A stretch of DNA of 36,905 bases. Origin: Treponematales bacterium. GTDB taxonomy: Bacteria; Spirochaetota; Spirochaetia; Treponematales; UBA12059. Positions 1 to 8,537 of the stretch are shown piece after piece (within the stretch, counting starts at the first letter, position 1; every line of letters begins with the position of its first letter). The notes under the pieces were generated by a model. The model was given only the letters and a program-made list of their open reading frames with translations. It did no database searches and had not been told where the DNA came from. The DNA lies in contig JBGSPT010000309.1 of NCBI GenBank assembly GCA_041738475.1, positions 1-36,905 of the forward strand. Reading direction: 5' to 3'. Position numbers and translations under genes: made by a program.

Positions 1-592
1 GGTCGACGGCCGTCCGGTGGAGCCGGAGGCGCGGAAGCGCTACCTGGCGCTGAACAAGCCCGCGGGAGTGCTTTCCGCGGCCTCGGACCCCCACGGCCGG
101 CCCGTGGCCGTCGACCTTCTGAAGCCTGAGGTTCCCGAGAGGGTCTACAACGTGGGCCGCCTGGACTACGAGTCCGAGGGGCTCCTCCTGTTCACCAATG
201 ACGGGGATTTCGCGGGCGCCGTCGGGCACCCCTCCGGGGACATCGAAAAGGAGTACCGGATCCGGACGGACCGTCCCATCCCCGAGGGCTTCGTCAAGGC
301 TTTCCTTCGGGGCATTCCGGAGGGGGGGCAGATCCTAAGGGCCCGTTCCGCCCAGGCCGAGGATGAGCGGACCCTCCGGGTCGTGCTGATCGAGGGCAGG
401 AACCGGGAGATTCGCCGTGCCCTGGCCGTCTTCGGTCTTTCCGCGGTTCGGCTCACCCGGGTTCGCGTGGGTCCCGTGACACTGGAGGGCTTGCAGCCCG
501 GCGCTTGGCGGGATCTCACCGATCCGGAGAGGGAAGCCCTGACGACCGTCGCCATGAGGCTAATACCAGACCCAAGGAGCCGCCCGTCATGA
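1..592 (+). CDS. rluB: rRNA pseudouridine synthase, RsuA/RluB family (5' end outside window)
   Basis: Motifs LNKPAGV, GRLDYESEGLLLFTNDG (catalytic Asp) and EGRNREIRR. The frame is open back to base 2 (VDGRPVEP...), so the ORF-track start at 17 is not the true start. The stop TGA overlaps the cmk ATG (ATGA, 589-592). Confidence 0.88.
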   Translation, partial: VDGRPVEPEARKRYLALNKPAGVLSAASDPHGRPVAVDLLKPEVPERVYNVGRLDYESEGLLLFTNDGDFAGAVGHPSGDIEKEYRIRTDRPIPEGFVKAFLRGIPEGGQILRARSAQAEDERTLRVVLIEGRNREIRRALAVFGLSAVRLTRVRVGPVTLEGLQPGAWRDLTDPEREALTTVAMRLIPDPRSRPS

Positions 593-2955
593 TCGTAGCC
601 ATCGACGGCCCCGCCGGAACCGGCAAGAGCACCATCGCCCGGATGATCGCCGAGCGCCTGGGCTTCACCTACGTGAACTCCGGAAGCCTCTACCGGGCAC
701 TGACCTACGGCCTGCTCTCCGCGGGCCTGGATCCCTCCGAGGAAGGTCCGGTCGTCGAATGGGCCCGTAGGGCCCGGCTGGAGTACCGGGCGGGCCGGGT
801 CCACCTGGACGGACGGGACGTGGAGGAGCACCTCCGCACGGACGCAGTGGAAGCCTGGGTGGCCCAGGTAAGCGCCTTCGTACCCCTAAGGCATATCGTC
901 AACGGCGTGGTCAAGGACCTGTCCCGGAACCTGGACATCGTCGTGGAGGGCCGGGACATGACCACCGCGGTCTTCCCGAACGCGGAACACAAGTTCTATC
1001 TGCACGCCACCCCGGAGAGCAGGGCCCGGCGGAGGTTTCTTCAGGGGACCAGCCTGTCGAGTCTGGCGGAGATTCAGCAGAATATCGAAATGCGCGACCG
1101 GATCGACAGCGAAAAACCAGAGGGAGCCTTAAAAGTCTCCGAGGATGCCGTGTATTTGGACACCTCTCACTTGACCATAGAGGAAGTTTATGAGAAAGTG
1201 TACACGAAAATTCAACAGCAAGGGAACATTATGGGTGTGAAGGAAGTGGGAATGGAAGAGTCCGCGACCCCCGAGGACAATTTCCAGACACAATTGCAGG
1301 AACAGTATCTCAAGTCCATGGATCACCTCGAAGAGGGGGAACTCGTCGACGGTCAGGTGATCGAAGTCGCCAACGATTGCGTCTTTATCGACGTGGGAGC
1401 CAAGTCCGAGGGGAAGATCCCCCTGGTCGAGTTCGATACACCTCCCAAGATCGGTGATACGGTCAGCGTGGTGCTCCTCAAAAAGGAGACATATTCCGGG
1501 GAAATCGTCGTCTCCAAGAAGCGCGCGGACGAAAAACTCCGCTGGCGCATCATCTCCAACGCCTTCCGGGACAACCAGCCCGTGGACGGCGTGATCGAAA
1601 AGGAGATCAAGGGAGGTTTCGACGTCAATCTCGGCCCGAACCTCCGGGCCTTCCTGCCCATATCCAAGGCGGACACCCAGAGGGTGGAGAAGGGCGACTA
1701 TCTCGTCGGCGTGAAGACCAAGTTCTACATGGAGCGCCTGTATTCCGAAAAGCGCGTCAACCTGGTGGTCAACCGCAGGAAGTGGCTCGACGAGCAGACC
1801 GAGAAGAACCGCGAGGAGTTCTTTTCCAAGGTCCAGATCGGCGATACCGTGAAGGGAGAAGTCAAGAGCTTCACCTCCTTCGGCGCCTTTATCGACCTGG
1901 GCGGCTTCGACGGGCTTCTGCACATCAACGATATGAGCTGGGGCCACGTCACCAGGCCAAAGGATTTCGTTAAGAAGGGTCAGGAGATCGAACTCAAGGT
2001 CATCCGCATGGATCCCGAGGAAAAGCGGATCAACCTCTCCCTCAAACACTTCACCGAGGATCCCTGGATCTCCTTCGAGGAGCGCTATCACGTGGGCGAC
2101 GTGGTGAACGGCAAGGTCACCAAGCTCACGGACTACGGCGCCTTCATCGAGGTCGAGGAGGGCATCGAAGGACTGGCCCACATCTCCGAGTTCTCCTGGG
2201 TGCGCAAGGTGCGCAAACCCGAGGAGATGCTCCGGATCGGCGATCCCGTCCAGTGCATGATCCTGGCCTACGACCTCCAGGCGGGAAAGGTCTCCCTGGG
2301 TCTCAAGCAGGTCCAGGAGAATCCCTGGGACCAGGTGTCCGAGAAGTATCCCGTGGGCATGCGCCTCACCCGCAAGGTTGTGAAGCTCACCAACGCAGGC
2401 GCCTTCATCGAGCTCGAGGAAGGCATCGACGGATTCCTCCACGTGGACGACATCTCCTGGACCAAGAGGGTCAAGCACCCGGGCTCGGAGCTGGAGGTCG
2501 GGCAGGAGATCGAGGTCATGGTCATCGACTCGGACCAGGACAACCGGAACATCCGGTTGGGGGTCAAGCAGTTGTCCGATGATCCCTGGCACTCCTTCGC
2601 CACGGCTTTCCATGTGGGCAGCATCGTCGACGGCACGGTGTCCTCCATCACTGACTTCGGCGTCTTCGTGAAGGTGCAGGGCGACATCGAGGGTCTGGTG
2701 AACAAGTCCAACCTCTCGACGGACCGGGAAGAGGCCTTCGAGGACGCGGTCAAGAAGTTCGAGGTCGGCCAGCCCATCAAGACGGTCATCGTGGAACTGA
2801 GCCCGGACCGGCAGAAACTCTCGTTGTCCGTACGCGACCTGGTGAAGAAGCAGCAGAGAGAAGAGATCTCCCGCTTCATGCAGGACGACGCGGCGGAGGG
2901 CTACACCCTCGGGGATATGCTCAAGGAGAGGGGCGGCTCGGGCAAGAACTCGTAA
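589..2955 (+). CDS. cmk-rpsA: Fused cytidylate kinase / 30S ribosomal protein S1
   Basis: N-terminal MIVAIDGPAGTGKST P-loop and VVEGRDM are Cmk motifs. From about 1231 there are repeated S1 domains (FGAFIDLG, YGAFIEVEEG, AGAFIELEEG, FGVFVKVQG) with no stop between the two parts. Start placed at ATG 589 from the ATGA overlap with rluB. Confidence 0.95.
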   Translation: MIVAIDGPAGTGKSTIARMIAERLGFTYVNSGSLYRALTYGLLSAGLDPSEEGPVVEWARRARLEYRAGRVHLDGRDVEEHLRTDAVEAWVAQVSAFVPLRHIVNGVVKDLSRNLDIVVEGRDMTTAVFPNAEHKFYLHATPESRARRRFLQGTSLSSLAEIQQNIEMRDRIDSEKPEGALKVSEDAVYLDTSHLTIEEVYEKVYTKIQQQGNIMGVKEVGMEESATPEDNFQTQLQEQYLKSMDHLEEGELVDGQVIEVANDCVFIDVGAKSEGKIPLVEFDTPPKIGDTVSVVLLKKETYSGEIVVSKKRADEKLRWRIISNAFRDNQPVDGVIEKEIKGGFDVNLGPNLRAFLPISKADTQRVEKGDYLVGVKTKFYMERLYSEKRVNLVVNRRKWLDEQTEKNREEFFSKVQIGDTVKGEVKSFTSFGAFIDLGGFDGLLHINDMSWGHVTRPKDFVKKGQEIELKVIRMDPEEKRINLSLKHFTEDPWISFEERYHVGDVVNGKVTKLTDYGAFIEVEEGIEGLAHISEFSWVRKVRKPEEMLRIGDPVQCMILAYDLQAGKVSLGLKQVQENPWDQVSEKYPVGMRLTRKVVKLTNAGAFIELEEGIDGFLHVDDISWTKRVKHPGSELEVGQEIEVMVIDSDQDNRNIRLGVKQLSDDPWHSFATAFHVGSIVDGTVSSITDFGVFVKVQGDIEGLVNKSNLSTDREEAFEDAVKKFEVGQPIKTVIVELSPDRQKLSLSVRDLVKKQQREEISRFMQDDAAEGYTLGDMLKERGGSGKNS
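1171..1199 (+). promoter_or_regulatory. Candidate internal sigma70 promoter for S1 within the 3' end of the cmk portion
   Basis: TTGACC (1171-1176), 17 nt spacer ending TGa, then GAAAGT (1194-1199). It lies in an AT-rich patch upstream of in-frame ATGs at 1231 and 1252. Confidence 0.45.
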
Positions 2956-2961
2956 CCGGAC

Positions 2962-4473
2962 ATGCTGGAACGTATCGACCCGCGCAAGTTCGAGACCCTC
3001 ATCGAGATCAACACCTTGATCAACTCGAACTACGCGGACGCTACGTCCCTTCTGACCCATATCATCGAGTCCGCGACTCGGCTTACCGAGGGCGAGGCCT
3101 CCAGCCTGGTGCTCAAGAACCCGGAGGACGGGAAGCTATACTTCGAGATCGCCCTGGGCCCCAAGGGCCGGGACGTCAAGAAGTTTTCCCTGAATCCGGG
3201 GGAGGGCATAGCTGGCTGGGTGGCCGCCCACACCCAATCCCTGATCGTCAACGACGTTGAGACCGACAGCCGCTTCTACGGAGAGATCTCCAAGAGTATA
3301 GGGTTTCCCACCTACAGCATCCTGGCGGTGCCCATGGTGGTGCGGGACAACTGCGTGGGCGTCATAGAGATCCTCAATAAAAAAGGCAAGAAGTACTTCA
3401 CCCAAGAGGATCTCCAGTGGCTGGAGATCTTCGCGGTCCAGGCGGCCATCGCCATCGAGAATGCCCGGTACCTCGAGCGGGCCCGGGAGGAGATCGGCTT
3501 CCTCCGGGAGCAGATCGACATCGATAAGGGCTACCATGTCCTCGTGTCCGCCAGCCCCCTGATCAAGGAAAAGCTGGACCTGATCGAACGGGTGGCACCC
3601 ACGGACTCTTCGGTCCTGATCCTGGGGGAAAGCGGGGTGGGGAAGGAGCTCTTCGCGGAGCAGCTCCACCTGCGCTCAAGCCGGCGGAAAGGTCCCTTCG
3701 TACGGGTCAACTGCGCGGCCCTGCCCGAAGGCCTGCTGGAAAGCGAGCTTTTCGGCCACGTGAAGGGAGCCTTCACGGACGCGGTCCAGAACCGCCGGGG
3801 CCGCTTCGAACTGGCCGACGGGGGCACCATATTCCTGGACGAGATCGGGGATCTGCCCTTAAAGCTCCAGGCCAAGCTGCTACGAGTGCTCCAGCAGAAG
3901 ACCTTCGAGCGCGTGGGCTCCAGCGACTCCGTCACCGTGGACGTCCGCATCGTGGCGGCCACTAACCGGGACATAGAAACCCTGGTGGAGAAGGGGGAGT
4001 TCCGCAGCGACCTGTACTACAGGCTGAACGTCCTGCCCCTCTATGTGCCGCCCCTAAGGCAGCGCAAGGAGGATATTCCCGCCCTTGCGGAGTACTTCCT
4101 GAAAAAGTTCGGCAGGGAGACCAAGAAGCAGTTCCGTGGCTTCACCGACGAGGCCATGGATATCATGCTGTCCTATTCCTGGCCGGGAAATGTGCGGGAG
4201 TTGGAAAACGCCGTGGAGCGCGCCTGCGTGATCGCCAAGGATCAGTACATCGGCGTGCCGGACCTTCTCCTGGGAGGGCGTTCCGAGGGGAGCGATCCCT
4301 ATGGCGGCAAGAGCCTCAAGGATTCCCTGGCCATCTTCAAGCGTCATTTCATTCGCAGGGCACTGGAGGATCACGACTGGAACCAGACGGAGACCGCCAA
4401 GGTCCTGGACATCCAAAGAACCTACCTTTCCCGGTTGATCAAGGAACTCTCGATAAACGACTACAAGGAGTGA
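2962..4473 (+). CDS. GAF-domain sigma54-dependent transcriptional activator (bEBP: GAF-AAA+-Fis HTH)
   Basis: N-terminal GAF domain (GEGIAGWVA...SILAVPM...VGVIEILNK). Walker A GESGVGKE, ESELFGHVKGAFTDA, Walker B FLDEIG, FRSDLYYRL, WPGNVREL, and a C-terminal NQTETAKVLDIQRTYL HTH. Confidence 0.95.
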   Translation: MLERIDPRKFETLIEINTLINSNYADATSLLTHIIESATRLTEGEASSLVLKNPEDGKLYFEIALGPKGRDVKKFSLNPGEGIAGWVAAHTQSLIVNDVETDSRFYGEISKSIGFPTYSILAVPMVVRDNCVGVIEILNKKGKKYFTQEDLQWLEIFAVQAAIAIENARYLERAREEIGFLREQIDIDKGYHVLVSASPLIKEKLDLIERVAPTDSSVLILGESGVGKELFAEQLHLRSSRRKGPFVRVNCAALPEGLLESELFGHVKGAFTDAVQNRRGRFELADGGTIFLDEIGDLPLKLQAKLLRVLQQKTFERVGSSDSVTVDVRIVAATNRDIETLVEKGEFRSDLYYRLNVLPLYVPPLRQRKEDIPALAEYFLKKFGRETKKQFRGFTDEAMDIMLSYSWPGNVRELENAVERACVIAKDQYIGVPDLLLGGRSEGSDPYGGKSLKDSLAIFKRHFIRRALEDHDWNQTETAKVLDIQRTYLSRLIKELSINDYKE

Positions 4474-4476
4474 TAT

Positions 4477-5193
4477 ATGGCCTCAAAGGAAACCGCCGCG
4501 CAGGATAAGGCCGCGCGGGTGGAAACACCGAGCATCCATACCCGTCTGAACGATTTTCTCCGCAAGAACCGTACGGCGGTGATCTCCGTGTTCGCGGCCG
4601 GGCTGCTCGCGGTCGTCGCGGCCGCGGCCTGGACCATCCTGGACGAGAGGACGGCGACACGGTCCGCCCTGGCACTGGAAACGGTCGAAGTTTCCCTAAA
4701 GGAATGGTACGAGATGGAGCCGGGACCGGCGGCCGCGGAAAAATCCAACGAGATCCTGGCCGCCCTGGATTCCATCCGTTCGAAGTACGGGAAGCGCTAC
4801 GCCGCCCAGAAAGCCGTCGTGCTTGCAGGCAGGATCCAGGCCCGGAACGGTGACTGGGCCGCGGCTGAGAAGCTGTTCCGACAGGCCTCGGAGCTCAACC
4901 CCGCCGGCCTGCTCGCGGGATACGCCCTTCAGGAAGCCGCCGTGGCCGCGGAGGAGCGGCGGGACATCCAGGCGGCCATCGAGCTGTGGGCCAAGGTGAT
5001 CGAAACCGCAGGAGGTTCCGTCGGAATCCCCCACGCCTATTTCACCCTGGGGTCCTTGTACGAAGAGACGAAGCAGTACTACCAGGCCAAGGTCCAGTAC
5101 GAGAGACTCACGGCGGCTTATCCCGATAACGATTGGACAAAGCTGGCCCGGAACCGTATAATCCTCCTCAAGTCCCAGGGACTTCTCCCGTAA
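4477..5193 (+). CDS. Membrane-anchored tetratricopeptide repeat protein (YfgM-like architecture)
   Basis: SD AAGGAG upstream. Single N-terminal TM segment (AVISVFAAGLLAVVAAAAW) followed by TPR-like helices (AYFTLGSLYEE...A...YERL..AYP). Confidence 0.85.
   Translation: MASKETAAQDKAARVETPSIHTRLNDFLRKNRTAVISVFAAGLLAVVAAAAWTILDERTATRSALALETVEVSLKEWYEMEPGPAAAEKSNEILAALDSIRSKYGKRYAAQKAVVLAGRIQARNGDWAAAEKLFRQASELNPAGLLAGYALQEAAVAAEERRDIQAAIELWAKVIETAGGSVGIPHAYFTLGSLYEETKQYYQAKVQYERLTAAYPDNDWTKLARNRIILLKSQGLLP
5134..5162 (+). promoter_or_regulatory. Candidate sigma70 promoter inside the TPR gene 3' end, facing the cyclase
   Basis: TGGACA (5134-5139), 17 nt spacer, perfect TATAAT (5157-5162). Confidence 0.65.
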
Positions 5194-5212
5194 TCGGAGA
5201 CAGGTCTAGCTC

Positions 5213-5243
5213 CGGCGGCCCGGGATTCCCGGGCCGCCGTTTT
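5213..5243 (+). terminator. Rho-independent terminator-like hairpin
   Basis: CGGCGGCCCGGG-ATT-CCCGGGCCGCCG is a 12-bp perfect stem, followed by TTTT. Confidence 0.75.
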
Positions 5244-5263
5244 CATTGGATCAGGAGGCCAGA

Positions 5264-7702
5264 ATGGCTAAAAAGCGACCCAAGATACTGGATGCCCGGT
5301 GGTTCGGATTGATCATCGGAGTCATGGTCCTGGGGGTCTTCCTGCTCCTCAATTATCAGACCGGACTCCTGGCCAAGCTGGAGCTCAAGGTCCTGGATAC
5401 CTTCTTCATCCTCAAGACCACCCAGGAAAAGAAGACCCTCCAGGAGGGAACCGTCCAGACCGACCGGGACGTCAAGATATCCGAGGACATCCTGATCGTC
5501 GGGGTGGATACGAGCACCCTGGCCAGATACGGGAACTGGCCCTTCCCCCGCAGGGTCCACTCGGATCTGGTCAACGCCTTCGCCCGGATCAAGAACCAGG
5601 ACAACCGGGAGCGGGCCCTGTTCCTGGATATATTTTTCATCGATCCGGACCGCAATCCCGCGAACGACGCTCTCCTTGTGGAGAGCATCGAGAAGTCCGG
5701 AAGGGTGTTCCTGGAAACCGTCCTGACGCCCGCTCCTTCCCTGGCTTCGGAGGATGCGGCACTTGAAACCCGGCAGGAAGCCCTGTACGAGACCTGGGGA
5801 ACCATCCGCAGCATCCGGGGAGACTGGAAGGCGGTTCCGGGATTCTACGGGTACGAACCGCCCCTCGAGCCCTACGGCCGGGCGTCACGGGGGTACGGGC
5901 ACGCTAATTTCGTCGCCGATTCCGACAAGATCTACCGGCGTCAGCCCCTGGTCATCAAGTCCTCGGTGCTCGTGGAAGTACTGAAGCTCGACGACCTGGG
6001 GCCGGGCTACACGGTGGACGAGGATAGCTTGGAGCGCCTTGCCTGGCAGGACGACCGGGGCGAATACCATACGATAGAAGTGCCCCTTACGGCGGAATCC
6101 CTGGCGGCCCTTAAGGACCAAATGGCCGACCGAGCCCCCCTGAAGATCGAGGACACCGACGAGGACGGCGTTCCGGACGCAGAATACCATGTGGTCCGAA
6201 AATTCAGGGATACCTTCGTGCCGGCCATCACGCTGTCCCTCGCGATGGACTACCTCGGGAAGACCCTGGACGAGATCGAGGTCGTCTTGGGGGAGCATAT
6301 TTTGATCCCTGCGCCTAAAAGGTTCGACGCGGCCAGCGGGCAGTGGGTGCCGTACACCCTGGTGATTTCCCGGGAGGAATACGACAAGGACGGAAACATC
6401 ACGAAGGAGGCCGTGGTACGGGAAGTCCCGGAAATACGGATTCCGATCAACGAATACGGCCAGATGATGGTCAATTACATGGGCCACCGTTCCAGCGAAA
6501 GCATGGACGGACACCAGACCTTCCCCGTGAGATCCTACGCGGGCTACTCCGAAAAAGCCCCGGGTCCTGATCCCGATACCTGGCGCAGGACCATGGGAGT
6601 ACCCAACAAGATCGTGATGGTAGGCGCTTTCGCCAGCGGCATGGCGGAGGACGAAAAGCCCACTCCCTACGGACTCATGTACGGAATCGAGATCCATGCG
6701 AACGCCCTGAACACGATCCTGATGGACAACTTCATCAACCAGGCCCCCGTATGGGTCGATGTCCTCGTCCTCGCAGGAATGGTCCTCATCACCGCCTTCA
6801 TGGTCTCCCGTCTCTCCGCGCTCATCGGAGTAGGGTACACCCTGCTGTCCGTCATCGTGTATTTCTTCGTGGCCTCGGCCCTGTTCGACAGTTCCGCGTA
6901 CCTCCTGAACTACACGATGCCCGCCTTCGCGACCCTGTTCACGTTCATAACCGTCATCGTGTACCGGGCACTCACGGAGGAGAAGGACAAGCGGCAGATG
7001 CGGGAAACCTTCGGTAAATACGTGAGCCCCCGCGTCGTGGACCGCCTGGTGGACGATCCTCCTGAACTCGGAGGGGAGGACAAGGAGTTGACGGTCTTTT
7101 TCTCTGACATCCGGGGCTTCACGACCCTCTCGGAAAACATGGCTCCCCAGGAACTGGTCAATCACCTCAACGTGTACTTCACGGCCATGACGAACCTGCT
7201 CATGGATTACGGCGGGACCTTGGACAAGTACATAGGCGACGCGATCATGGGATTCTGGGGTGCCCCGCTGCCCCAGCCGGATCACGCGGTCCGGGGCTGC
7301 AAGTGTGCCCTGGCCATGATGAACAAGCTCAAGGAGCTGAACGCGTCCTGGCCCGAGCCCAAGCGCATCAACGTCGGAATCGGGGTGAACTCGGGGATCA
7401 TCACGGTAGGGAACATGGGATCCCCGCTGCGCATGAACTACACCCTCACCGGGGACCACGTGAACCTGGCGTCCCGCCTGGAGGCAACGAACAAGGAATA
7501 CGGAACCCAGGTCATCGTCAGCGAGTTCACCTACGGATTGGTGAGGGACAAGTTCATCGTCCGGGAACTGGACAACATCCGCGTCAAGGGAAAGAACAAA
7601 CCCGTGGGTATCTACGAACTCGTGGACTGCCTGGAACCCCTGGAACCGCCCAAGTCCGCGGAAGTCGACAAGACCCGGAAGAAGGGAAGGGCCGAGGAGT
7701 GA
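5264..7702 (+). CDS. CHASE2-domain membrane adenylate cyclase (class III)
   Basis: Start ATG 5264 follows AGGAGG. N-terminal TM segment, then CHASE2 motifs (GNWPFPRRVH, LDIFF, YGIEIHANALNTIL), then 3 TM segments. Cyclase core FSDIRGFT, DKYIGDAIM, NYTLTGDHVNLASRLE, VKGKNKPV. The Lys/Thr substrate-specifying pair fits an ATP-using class IIIb enzyme. Confidence 0.93.
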   Translation: MAKKRPKILDARWFGLIIGVMVLGVFLLLNYQTGLLAKLELKVLDTFFILKTTQEKKTLQEGTVQTDRDVKISEDILIVGVDTSTLARYGNWPFPRRVHSDLVNAFARIKNQDNRERALFLDIFFIDPDRNPANDALLVESIEKSGRVFLETVLTPAPSLASEDAALETRQEALYETWGTIRSIRGDWKAVPGFYGYEPPLEPYGRASRGYGHANFVADSDKIYRRQPLVIKSSVLVEVLKLDDLGPGYTVDEDSLERLAWQDDRGEYHTIEVPLTAESLAALKDQMADRAPLKIEDTDEDGVPDAEYHVVRKFRDTFVPAITLSLAMDYLGKTLDEIEVVLGEHILIPAPKRFDAASGQWVPYTLVISREEYDKDGNITKEAVVREVPEIRIPINEYGQMMVNYMGHRSSESMDGHQTFPVRSYAGYSEKAPGPDPDTWRRTMGVPNKIVMVGAFASGMAEDEKPTPYGLMYGIEIHANALNTILMDNFINQAPVWVDVLVLAGMVLITAFMVSRLSALIGVGYTLLSVIVYFFVASALFDSSAYLLNYTMPAFATLFTFITVIVYRALTEEKDKRQMRETFGKYVSPRVVDRLVDDPPELGGEDKELTVFFSDIRGFTTLSENMAPQELVNHLNVYFTAMTNLLMDYGGTLDKYIGDAIMGFWGAPLPQPDHAVRGCKCALAMMNKLKELNASWPEPKRINVGIGVNSGIITVGNMGSPLRMNYTLTGDHVNLASRLEATNKEYGTQVIVSEFTYGLVRDKFIVRELDNIRVKGKNKPVGIYELVDCLEPLEPPKSAEVDKTRKKGRAEE

Positions 7703-7709
7703 GGGTTGC

Positions 7710-8447
7710 GTGGTTAGTCGGTCGAAATCGGCGTTAAAACACAACGGCCGCGCCGTAATAACGGCATTGGCCTTCTGCGCCGCATGCTTGGCCATGGCAT
7801 CCTGCGGCCTCGAGGAGTACGTGTATCTGTATCCGCCGAACGCTGTTTTAAGCGGTGACATTTTCACGTTCTCGAACGACACTCAAAATGATCCGACCGT
7901 ATTCTATGGCTACAGAGTTTTATACAGATTCTATGCATCAGCCAGCTCTGCGGATACCGCGGTCGGTACCGTCACATCCCTCTATACGAGTTATCCGACT
8001 ACGATATATGACAAGATGAAGACCCAAGCAGGCTTCCGGGATGTATTGATCGGTCCAGCTGAAAGCGATGAATTACGAATTGACGCGGGATCCCGCAATG
8101 ACGCGTTTTCCGTGGATTTGGATTTCCAAGCCAGCGTTAGCTCCGGCGGTGCCGCAACGATGGTAGTAAGCGAAGGCATCCCTGTTACGGTTCCCGACAT
8201 TTCCGGCTCCGTTAGCTTGTATCAATCAATAGAGGGAGAGTCTCTAGTTGGATTCACTCAATCGGATCTTGTCTACCGTAATGGAATATTTGAGGACGGT
8301 ATTCATTACGACGAACTGGAAGGGAAGACATATCTTTTAATCTATGTAATGGCATACGGATACAATTCAAGTTTCGGAACTGTCTATAGCGAACCTAAAC
8401 GGTTTATCGGTACTACGAGCTACGTTGTATTGAATATTGCGCCCTAG
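7710..8447 (+). CDS. Hypothetical lipoprotein (low GC)
   Basis: Basic N-terminus, hydrophobic stretch and lipobox-like LAMASC. 245 aa open frame starting at GTG, 7 nt after the cyclase stop. The mature part is rich in Tyr, Ser and Thr. Confidence 0.75.
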   Translation: MVSRSKSALKHNGRAVITALAFCAACLAMASCGLEEYVYLYPPNAVLSGDIFTFSNDTQNDPTVFYGYRVLYRFYASASSADTAVGTVTSLYTSYPTTIYDKMKTQAGFRDVLIGPAESDELRIDAGSRNDAFSVDLDFQASVSSGGAATMVVSEGIPVTVPDISGSVSLYQSIEGESLVGFTQSDLVYRNGIFEDGIHYDELEGKTYLLIYVMAYGYNSSFGTVYSEPKRFIGTTSYVVLNIAP

Positions 8448-8537
8448 CACGATACAGACTCGTTGCATTACTTCCTATAATGTACATTCTGTCTACATCG
8501 AAACCATTGCGCAAGGTGGCCTCGGAAGCCTCTCGAC

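Noticed and set aside
505-588. N-terminal extension of the cmk-rpsA ORF
   Set aside because: It overlaps rluB. The Cmk motif begins at ATG 589 with an ATGA overlap.
1129-3060. 643-aa minus-strand ORF opposite rpsA (likewise 5885-7882, 20624-21868 and 32541-34475)
   Set aside because: These are antisense shadows of strongly biased GC-rich genes. They have no recognisable motifs and fully overlap well-supported genes.
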